Shown here: one piece after another, positions 8,500 to 15,406 of the stretch
Layout: each line of letters starts with the position of its first letter
Numbering within the stretch: the first letter of the stretch is position 1
Assembly: GCA_029210665.1 (NCBI GenBank)
Contig: JARGFN010000002.1
Coordinates: 1-38,961, forward strand
Origin: Desulfobulbales bacterium
GTDB taxonomy: Bacteria > Desulfobacterota > Desulfobulbia > Desulfobulbales > JAGXFP01
Reading direction: 5' to 3'
Length of the DNA: 38,961 nucleotides
Translations under genes and position numbers: made by a program
The notes under the pieces: generated by a model
What the model was told of the DNA's origin: nothing
The model's database searches: none
Seen by the model: only the letters and a program-made list of their open reading frames with translations

Positions 8500-10605
8500 T
8501 CACTCTCCGCTGATTTTATCCAGCAGCCGCCAGCTCTTCGTTTTCCGATCGAACAGATAGGTCACCTGATAACGGGTGTATTGCCCCCCGGCGCTTTCCT
8601 GGTCGTAGGCCATGGCCGACAGGCTGAACTCCAGCCGCTCCGGAGTACTGTCCATCAATACAACCTGCGGATCCAACAAGGTTGCATCCTTTTCGAGACC
8701 GAAATCCCTGCTCAGGATCGCGGCAAATTGCCCGAGCAGGGCGGCCCTTTTGTCCTCGACAAAGATATTCTCCTCGACCACGGCAAGACCCTCTTGGAGT
8801 TCGCCGAGAAGCGCGGCCACCTCCTTGCTGTCCCGCCACTTATTTTTCTCGGCCTGCTCAATCGCCTGCTCATAAATCCTGCGGGCCTTGTTGTTTTTAC
8901 CGGCCTTGACGCTTTCCGCCGCCTGCTTATTTAGATGCTGGAGTACCGCGACCGTTACCATTTTCCGCGCCTGGGCCAGATTTTCCCGGGCCCGGTCCAG
9001 GGAAGGCAAATCCGCCAAAGCGACCTGCCGGGCCAGGGCGATCCCCTCTTCATAGATTCGAACGGACTCCTGCCATTTATCGGCGGCGAAGGCGCGATCG
9101 CCGTCGGCCAGGACGCTCTCCACCCTGTTCTTATCGAGCAATTCCGGAATCCTTCTGCTTAGCTGATAATCCGTCAGTTCGTGGGATCCGGCAAAGGCGG
9201 CCGCCGCCCGGTACTCGGCGTCCGCCTTATCAAAACTGCCTTGTCCGGCAAGTTTGTCTCCAAGCGCCACCATTTCTATTAATCTGGCCCGATTGATCCG
9301 TTCTTTTAAAGCAAGGGCCTCGGCAACCGGATCTTCACCGGCGCCGCCCACGGCGGCCGGGTATTCGGCAGCCCTCGCCAGGGCTTCCGCGATTGCGGCA
9401 TGGGCGGCCGCATAGGCGCCGCTTGCCCTTAACGCCTCGGCCTTATTAACCAGCTCTTTAATGTTCTTCAAGCGGCAGTTATCAATCGCCCCCTTGACGC
9501 CATCGATAAGCGTGGGCGCCGCTTGAATTTTCTTGTCCGTGGCAACCGCCACAGCGGCCTCGACTCTAGCCATTGCCTCATCGCATTTGCCTGCCGCGGC
9601 AAGAGCCTCGCCCTGCTCCAGGTTCTCGTGAAAGACTTTCCGGCCGTCCAGTTGAGCGGCCGGGATATACCTGCCTTCAAAAAAAACCTTGCCTTCGGCG
9701 CCCATCATCAAGGATTCGGATTGGAGAATCTCGTCGATCTTCGCCAACAGCTGCTGTTTGTCGTTAAGGAAAAAAGCACGGATCTTGCCCAGATCCTGCT
9801 TGATCTCCCGGCCCAAGGCCTGGCTTTCGGCAAATTTTTCCGCAGCCAGTAAACGGTCCAACTCCCGCCCTTTCCGGTCAGCCTGTTGCATCATGAACAT
9901 CTCGAAAGCGAGATATCCGCCTATTACGGCCAACACCAACCCCACCGTGATCCCTATCTTGAGAAAATTGACCTTCCGGTCTTTTTTCTTGACGAGTTCC
10001 TTGCTGAGGTTGACGAGATCCACCTTGAACCTGCCGACCTTGTCGTCATCGGGATAGCTCTGCCGGAAACTGTCGAACAGATCGGCCGCCCGCCCGACTT
10101 CCTTGTTCCGCATGGCCTCCTCGATGGCCGCCACGGATGAATCGTACTGCGATGCCCCCTGTTTAAGAGCGCTAATCTCCTCGACCAGGCCAGGGTAGTC
10201 GGAGACCAGATTGACCGCCTCCTCAAAAATCGGAATCGCCTTGACCGGATCCCTATTGGCCTGTTCCCTGGCCTGTTCGATCAACGTTTTCGCCCTTTCG
10301 ATCTTCTCCACCAGACCGGCGACCAAACCGCTTTTATCCTGGATAATGTAGTTTTCGGGAAGACCCTCCAACATTTCACAGGCCTGATAGTCCTTGCCCT
10401 CCCGCAACAGGACGACGATAAATTCCAGAACTCCGTCCAGCTTGGCGATGGCGTCTTCCCGGATAAATATCTCGTCCTCGAGATTCGGGTAATCGGGCTC
10501 CAGGGCCAGGGCCTCGCGCATCTTCGCCAGTGCCCCGCGCAAATCGGTCTTGCTCAGGGCCTCAGCCTCTTCGACAATTTTCACCGCCCGTTCATCTATA
10601 TCCAT
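8500..10605 (-). CDS. hypothetical helical-repeat (TPR-like) single-pass membrane protein
   Basis: 701 aa with one central TM helix (FLKIGITVGLVLAVIGGYLAF). Ala/Glu/Leu/Lys-rich helical repeats lie on both sides. No catalytic motif recognised. Confidence 0.6.
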   Translation of the reverse strand: MDIDERAVKIVEEAEALSKTDLRGALAKMREALALEPDYPNLEDEIFIREDAIAKLDGVLEFIVVLLREGKDYQACEMLEGLPENYIIQDKSGLVAGLVEKIERAKTLIEQAREQANRDPVKAIPIFEEAVNLVSDYPGLVEEISALKQGASQYDSSVAAIEEAMRNKEVGRAADLFDSFRQSYPDDDKVGRFKVDLVNLSKELVKKKDRKVNFLKIGITVGLVLAVIGGYLAFEMFMMQQADRKGRELDRLLAAEKFAESQALGREIKQDLGKIRAFFLNDKQQLLAKIDEILQSESLMMGAEGKVFFEGRYIPAAQLDGRKVFHENLEQGEALAAAGKCDEAMARVEAAVAVATDKKIQAAPTLIDGVKGAIDNCRLKNIKELVNKAEALRASGAYAAAHAAIAEALARAAEYPAAVGGAGEDPVAEALALKERINRARLIEMVALGDKLAGQGSFDKADAEYRAAAAFAGSHELTDYQLSRRIPELLDKNRVESVLADGDRAFAADKWQESVRIYEEGIALARQVALADLPSLDRARENLAQARKMVTVAVLQHLNKQAAESVKAGKNNKARRIYEQAIEQAEKNKWRDSKEVAALLGELQEGLAVVEENIFVEDKRAALLGQFAAILSRDFGLEKDATLLDPQVVLMDSTPERLEFSLSAMAYDQESAGGQYTRYQVTYLFDRKTKSWRLLDKISGE

Positions 10606-10672
10606 AACCGCTCTGCCCGCTCAAAATATTGATCCCCCTGGATGAAGCCGAGGATAATAGTCCTGTTTCGCC

Positions 10673-10705
10673 TATCGGTTAAAACCTGTCAAATTTTAAC
10701 CGATA
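10673..10705. repeat. perfect 12-bp inverted repeat (tatcggttaaaa N9 ttttaaccgata)
   Basis: Read directly from the sequence. It lies between the U32 gene stop (10818) and the start of the 701-aa gene (10605). No T-run follows on either strand. Confidence 0.6.
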
Positions 10706-10738
10706 AATAACGACCCCGATACCGTCAGGAGCAAAAAT

Positions 10739-10772
10739 TCGTAACCAATCACGGGATCGGGTCCCGGATTCG
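10739..10772 (+). repeat. R2 short repeat, copy 1
   Basis: 'tcgtaaccaatcacgggatcgggtcccggatt' matches 13047.. 'tcgtaaccagtcacgggataagccacccaggatt' at most positions. Confidence 0.55.
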
Positions 10773-10817
10773 GTACGCCGGAAACACCTGGCAAGATACT
10801 ATACCTCGCCGCAACGC

Positions 10818-12953
10818 TCAACTGAGGGTGCGATGAAAGTTAAAGCCGACCGCTTTTTCTCCCTTGGCCAAACCGGTAATCCCCCGGGCAATGTCTTCCA
10901 TGACCTTGCCGGTCAGGGGGTGGCCGGAAAGGTCCACCATCCCGTAATCAAGCCCCAGCTTGGCCAGCCCGGCCAGCTCGGCCAGCAGTGAAAAAGGCTG
11001 GGTCGGCAGGGCACGGGTGTATCCCCAGGCCTGCCGCAACAGGAAACTTTCTCCCCTGGGACTTTTGAAAATCCGGTCGTACTGCATGGGCGGGCCGCTG
11101 TATCGCGAGGTGAACAGGGCCGGGAAACCGTAAACCGTCATTCCTTTTCGGAAATCACCGGTCGAGCGGCAGATGCCGGCCAGATTGGCCCGGTCGTTCT
11201 CAATCGAGACAAGCCCGCCCGCCAGACCGTTTTCCTTGAGGACCCTCGCCCCGAGGGAGTTAAGAACATTCAGGGTATAGTCACCGTAAAGCCGGCAGCC
11301 TAGCCCCTTGAAAAATTCGCTCTGGCTGACATGGCCGATCTGCCACTCCCGGGAACCAAGCTCAACCAGTCCGGCAATCCTCTCCCGGAAAAAAGAGAGC
11401 TTGTCCTCATCGATCACGAACGGCAGGGCCCAGACGATCCGCCGGAACAGGGGGCCGGATTTTTTCATGCGCAGAAAGCGGTTAAAGGCCTCGCCGCTTA
11501 AATTGATCACCAGCCGTTCCGGCATGATCGGAAAGCGCTGCTTGACAAGGAAAGGATCATCGGACCTGAACCAGAGAGGCAACGGCACATTGCCCCCGCC
11601 CCGCCCCGGCCGGGCCGTTTTCGATCCGCCAGGCAACGGAGCGGATAGATTGGCGGCGCCCGCCTGTCGCGACGCCCCGGAAATTTCCGCGATAATCTTG
11701 GTTACCCGGCCCTCGACATCGAGCTCTTCCAGCCTGCCGGCAAAACGCTCGGGACTGATCCCGCGGCCCAAGGGCCTGCCGCGTCCCGCGGCCGAATCGA
11801 CCTTATAGATCGAATCGCCCGGCCCAGCCGGTACCGGCAGCTCAAGAGAAACCACCGCCCCCTTCGCGGCCTGCTCGACAAATGCGCCGCCGACCTTGAT
11901 TTTCCTCAGGGAAAAGCCCTGCCGCTCGCCGCTTTTCTCCCGGTGCAGCCGCAAACGGTCGCCGACAATAAGCGGTCCATTGATTTTTATGGTCGCCAGC
12001 CGGCCCCGGCCCGGCTTGAGTTTACCGAGGAAGATGCCGATATTGCCGGAATGCTGGGGCGCCAGCACGTCGCTGGGCCTGCTGGTGGGAAAATAGCCCC
12101 GGGTCGATTTGCGGCCCATGGCATTATTCAACAAGTGGCGGGCCGCGGCCAGGACACCCTTGTCGCCCGGGGCGCCGTCGAGGACCATCCGATAGGCCCT
12201 GACCACGTTGCCGACATAGCTCGAACTCCGCATCCTCCCCTCGATCTTCAGCGAGGACACTCCGGCCGCGGCCAGTTCCGGCAGCAAATCGATCCCCTCC
12301 AGATCGTTCATCGAGAAGAGATAGCCGGAACCGCCTTTAGCCTTGCCGCGTCCCTGCCAGGTATAGCGACGGCGGCACGGCTGCACGCATCGGCCCCTGA
12401 GACTGCTGCGGCCGCCCTGAAAGCTGCTGAACAGACAGAGCCCGGAGTAGCTGAAACACATGGCGCCGTGGACGAAGACCTCGATTTCGACATCGGTCGA
12501 GGCGGTAATTTGCTTGATTTCCGCGATGGTGTTCTCCCGGGGCAGCACCACCCGGCTGTAGCCCATGGCGGCGAGTTTTTCTACCGCCATCGTGTTGTGG
12601 GTTGCCATCAGGGTGCTGGCATGAATTCTGATTTTCGGGAAAAATTTCTTGAGCAGATAATAGAGACCGAGGTCCTGAATAATCAAGGCGTCCGGTTCAA
12701 GTTTTTCGAGCACGGCCAGGCTCTCGACCGCCTTGGCCACCTCGTCTTCCTTGATCAGGCTGTTCATGGCCAGATAGACCCTGGTCCCATGTTTGTGGCC
12801 GTGATCGATCATCGCCGCCACCTCGGCCAGGGTAAAATGGCGGGCCAATTCCCGGGCATTGAAAAAAGGAGCGCCGATGTAAACGGCATCGGCCCCGGCT
12901 TCAACAGCCACTTCGAATACTTCCAGAGTGCCGGCTGGAGCCAGAAGCTCCAT
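10818..12953 (-). CDS. U32-family Fe-S protein (peptidase U32 / UbiU-RlhA-TrhP-type hydroxylase family), long form
   Basis: It has the canonical N-terminus 'MELLAPAG', the U32 signature 'EVFVHGAMCFSYSGLCLFS' and the Cys motif C-x6-C-x15-C-x3-C (codons at 12375..12458). The ATG at 12953 has a GGAG SD 10 nt upstream; the ORF-track start at 12986 adds 11 aa. Confidence 0.85.
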   Translation of the reverse strand: MELLAPAGTLEVFEVAVEAGADAVYIGAPFFNARELARHFTLAEVAAMIDHGHKHGTRVYLAMNSLIKEDEVAKAVESLAVLEKLEPDALIIQDLGLYYLLKKFFPKIRIHASTLMATHNTMAVEKLAAMGYSRVVLPRENTIAEIKQITASTDVEIEVFVHGAMCFSYSGLCLFSSFQGGRSSLRGRCVQPCRRRYTWQGRGKAKGGSGYLFSMNDLEGIDLLPELAAAGVSSLKIEGRMRSSSYVGNVVRAYRMVLDGAPGDKGVLAAARHLLNNAMGRKSTRGYFPTSRPSDVLAPQHSGNIGIFLGKLKPGRGRLATIKINGPLIVGDRLRLHREKSGERQGFSLRKIKVGGAFVEQAAKGAVVSLELPVPAGPGDSIYKVDSAAGRGRPLGRGISPERFAGRLEELDVEGRVTKIIAEISGASRQAGAANLSAPLPGGSKTARPGRGGGNVPLPLWFRSDDPFLVKQRFPIMPERLVINLSGEAFNRFLRMKKSGPLFRRIVWALPFVIDEDKLSFFRERIAGLVELGSREWQIGHVSQSEFFKGLGCRLYGDYTLNVLNSLGARVLKENGLAGGLVSIENDRANLAGICRSTGDFRKGMTVYGFPALFTSRYSGPPMQYDRIFKSPRGESFLLRQAWGYTRALPTQPFSLLAELAGLAKLGLDYGMVDLSGHPLTGKVMEDIARGITGLAKGEKAVGFNFHRTLS

Positions 12954-13001
12954 TTTAGAGCGCTCCGCTATGTTATGTGTCAACATTCACCGCCCTTTTA
13001 G

Positions 13002-13028
13002 CTTTTTGCGAACTCTTCGTTTCTCCGG
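13002..13028. repeat. partial R1 right-end repeat
   Basis: 'ctttttgcgaactcttcgtttctccgg' versus 682..709 'cttttttgcgaactcgtcatttttccgg' and 15316..15331 'ctttttgcgaactcat'. Confidence 0.5.
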
Positions 13029-13046
13029 ATAACTTTTTCCGCGCAA

Positions 13047-13093
13047 TCGTAACCAGTCACGGGATAAGCCACCCAGGATTAGCCAATCTCCCA
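13047..13093 (+). repeat. R2 short repeat, copy 2
   Basis: 'tcgtaaccagtcacgggataagccacccaggattagccaatctccca'. The reverse complement of 25517..25570 is 'gtaaccagtcacgggataagccacccaagattgttggcctagcctaatctccca'. Confidence 0.65.
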
Positions 13094-13107
13094 CCCGCCA
13101 TTTTCGC

Positions 13108-14013
13108 CTACAACTCTTCCGGGACGAAACAAACCACCTCGTCGATAGTCGCGGCGCCGGTCATGAGCATGACCAACCGGTCAAGACCCAGGGCAATCCC
13201 GGCGGCTTCCGGCATATCATGGAGGGCGGCCAGAAATCTTTCCGGGATCGGCCCCGGCTCGCGTCCGGTCGACAGAATCAAGCGGCGTTCCTCCTCGAAT
13301 CGACACCGTTGCTCAACCGGGTCGGTCAGCTCGGAGAAACCGTTGGCCAATTCAATGCCGTCGGCATACAACTCGAAACGTTCGGCCAGGGCCGGCTCCT
13401 CGCTTTTCCGGCGGGCAAGGGAGGCCAGTCCGGCCGGGTAATCATAGAGAAAAGTCGGCCTGCCGCCCTTGCCCAGATGCGGCTCAACCTCTTCGACCAT
13501 CACCTCTTCGTAGCAACCGGCGGCCAGGGCCGCGTTCTCGTCGCAACGGGCATATTTACCAAAGGCCTCGGCCACGGTCAGCCGCTCGAAGGGAATATCC
13601 AGGCGGAAACATCCGGCTGGCTTTGCAAAAAGCTTGCGGGCGCTGCACTCCAGAGCCACGCTCTTGACCAGTTCCTCGCATTCATCCATCAGCGCCAGGT
13701 AATCGATCCCGGCGCGGTACCATTCCAGCATCGAAAATTCGGGCAGATGTCGCCCGCCGCGTTCACCTTTGCGAAAACAGGGACAGATCTGATAGAGCCT
13801 GGCATGACCCGCGGCCAGAAGCCTTTTCATGCACAGTTCAGGAGAGGTCTGCAGAAAAAGATCGCCCGCGGTAAACGGTTCGATCCAGCGTTCCGGGGCC
13901 AGAACGGGAAGGAGAAGCGGCGTATCCGCTTCCAGATAGTCGCGCTCCTCAAAGAAAAGGCGGACCGCCCGGAACACCGCGGCCCGCTGCCTGAGACGCA
14001 GTCCGGAGATCAT
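13108..14013 (-). CDS. epmA: EF-P--(R)-beta-lysine ligase (truncated class II LysRS paralog)
   Basis: Class II aaRS-like core blocks are present ('FFEERDYLEADTPLL', 'SPELCMKRLLAAG', 'RLYQICPCFRKGERGGRHLPEFSMLEWY'). It has no anticodon domain and lies directly downstream of efp. Confidence 0.8.
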   Translation of the reverse strand: MISGLRLRQRAAVFRAVRLFFEERDYLEADTPLLLPVLAPERWIEPFTAGDLFLQTSPELCMKRLLAAGHARLYQICPCFRKGERGGRHLPEFSMLEWYRAGIDYLALMDECEELVKSVALECSARKLFAKPAGCFRLDIPFERLTVAEAFGKYARCDENAALAAGCYEEVMVEEVEPHLGKGGRPTFLYDYPAGLASLARRKSEEPALAERFELYADGIELANGFSELTDPVEQRCRFEEERRLILSTGREPGPIPERFLAALHDMPEAAGIALGLDRLVMLMTGAATIDEVVCFVPEEL

Positions 14014-14113
14014 CGGTCAGTCACAAAATATCCAACAGCGGAAAATTCCGGGCGTCACGATCCCCCGATTCCAGGGGGGCGAAAGACATTAAATCCATAA
14101 CATCGCTTTGAAT

Positions 14114-14677
14114 TTAATCCTTGACCCGGGTGATATATTCCCCGGTCCGGGTATCAACCTGGATCCGGTCGCCTTCCTCGATAAAGGGGGGGGCCTGCAG
14201 GACATAACCGGTTTCCACGGTCACCGGCTTGGTATCGGTGCCGCTGGTATCACCCTTGACCCATGGATCGGCCTGGGTCACCGCGAGGTTGACGAAAATC
14301 GGCAGAGTGATATCGATGGGAGAGCCATTGAAGAACAGGACCGTCACCTCCATGTTGTCGATCAGATAGTTGACGTTTTCGGCGATCTGCTCGCGGGTCA
14401 GGGAGAGCTGCTCGTAGGTATTGACGTCCATGAAATGGAACTCGTCACCCTGGGAATAGAGGTACTGCATGCTCCGCTCTTCCAGCGACGCTTTTTCGAA
14501 CTTTTCGTTGGAACGGAAGGTGCGGTCGGTGGAATTGCCGTTGATCATATTCCGCAGCCGGCATTTGTAGAGGGACTGCCCCTTGCCCGGCTTGGAGAAT
14601 TCGAATCTGGTGATGATATATGGATCGCCATCCAGAAGGATCTTCAGCCCTTTCCGCAGATCGGATGCATTTAGCAT
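14114..14677 (-). CDS. efp: translation elongation factor P
   Basis: 'MLNASDLRKGLKILLDGDPYII...FSKPGKGQSLYKCRLRNM' includes the conserved modified-Lys loop KPGKGQ. The ATG at 14677 has a GGAG SD; the extra 15 aa in the ORF track are unlikely to be translated. Confidence 0.95.
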   Translation of the reverse strand: MLNASDLRKGLKILLDGDPYIITRFEFSKPGKGQSLYKCRLRNMINGNSTDRTFRSNEKFEKASLEERSMQYLYSQGDEFHFMDVNTYEQLSLTREQIAENVNYLIDNMEVTVLFFNGSPIDITLPIFVNLAVTQADPWVKGDTSGTDTKPVTVETGYVLQAPPFIEEGDRIQVDTRTGEYITRVKD

Positions 14678-14721
14678 TGCTGGTACTCCAATGAGAGTAT
14701 TCTTGACGGCCAACTCGGCCA

Positions 14722-14749
14722 ATTATTGATAATGCCCTGAATCCGTTAA
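14722..14749 (-). promoter_or_regulatory. candidate sigma70 promoter for efp
   Basis: The minus strand reads TTAACG-N16-AATAAT, about 45-70 nt upstream of the efp ATG. Pattern match only. Confidence 0.3.
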
Positions 14750-15038
14750 CCGACACAGTCCGGCCGTCTCGCTAAATTCTGCATGCCGACATTCTGTAGG
14801 CAAAAGGGAAAACAAACGCATGTTTTTTTACCCGAAACCGATCCCGATGGCAAGAAATTCCACCTTGCCGATGAAGCCCGGCGGTTTTTCAAGGACAATG
14901 ATTGATTATCGTCAAATATTATCGTACATATGTTTTCACGGTGATTTGTCGTGGTCGAGCGAGATTTGCTTCAACTCTACCAAACTCGTAAAAAGTCGGA
15001 AAACTTCGACAGGCTCAGGGTGAGCGAGTTAACTTACT

Positions 15039-15256
15039 CCTGAATCCGTGAGCGTTCGAGAACGGCGTAGATGCAAGGCGGCAACGATGTTGATAATACT
15101 AATGGTATATCAACGAGTTGCCAACGCGGCAGATGCGCCGTTATCGGGCGCCCCGCAGGGCGGCGGGGTGAACCTGGCAATCCAGGGAAAAACGATTATC
15201 TAATGAAATTACAAACTGATAAGTGAAATTCACCACGAAGCCGTCACGGATTCAGG
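15039..15256 (+). mobile_element. 218-bp non-autonomous element (MITE) with 13-bp perfect TIRs and a 5-bp target-site duplication
   Basis: The left TIR is 'cctgaatccgtga' (15039..15051) and the right TIR is 'tcacggattcagg' (15244..15256). It is flanked by TTACT at 15034..15038 and 15257..15261. The uninterrupted target 'aacttactgattt' is present at 619..631. The element has no coding capacity. Confidence 0.75.
15061..15142 (+). repeat. long imperfect hairpin H1 (inside the MITE) with conserved internal module
   Basis: The stems are aacggcg/cgccgtt, tagatgc/gcagatg (with tandem G.A/A.G), ggcaac/gttgcc and gttgata/tatcaac. It shares 'agatgcaaggc' and 'aac-nnn-gcagat' with the minus strand of 25405..25512. 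Confidence 0.65.
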
Positions 15257-15336
15257 TTACTGATTTAACGCTCTTGCTGAGCTTGTCGAAGTGCGCTCAG
15301 GTAATCATTGGCGACTTTTTGCGAACTCATCAACTT

Positions 15337-15366
15337 TTGAATTCAGCATGGATGCCATGTTATCAT
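15337..15366 (+). promoter_or_regulatory. candidate sigma70 promoter for the plus-strand biosynthetic operon
   Basis: TTGAAT-N18-TATCAT lies 41-70 nt upstream of the KS start at 15407, just outside the R1 repeat. Pattern match only. Confidence 0.3.
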
Positions 15367-15406
15367 CTACCCGCAACACAGCTCCCCGAACCGGGGGGCC
15401 GTCCTG

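Larger units (their letters stand above)
14992..15331. repeat. R1 palindromic repeat, copy interrupted by a MITE
   Basis: The left half (14992..15038) and right half (15257..15331) are collinear with 578..700. The two halves are separated by a 218-bp insertion plus a duplicated TTACT. Confidence 0.75.

Noticed and set aside
15061-15142. The hairpins H1 and H2, considered as integron attC sites.
   Set aside because: The outer ends do not fit the R''/R' consensus (RYYYAAC / GTTRRRY). 'cgagaac' and 'gttatcg' both violate it. No integrase gene or cassette array is present in the window.
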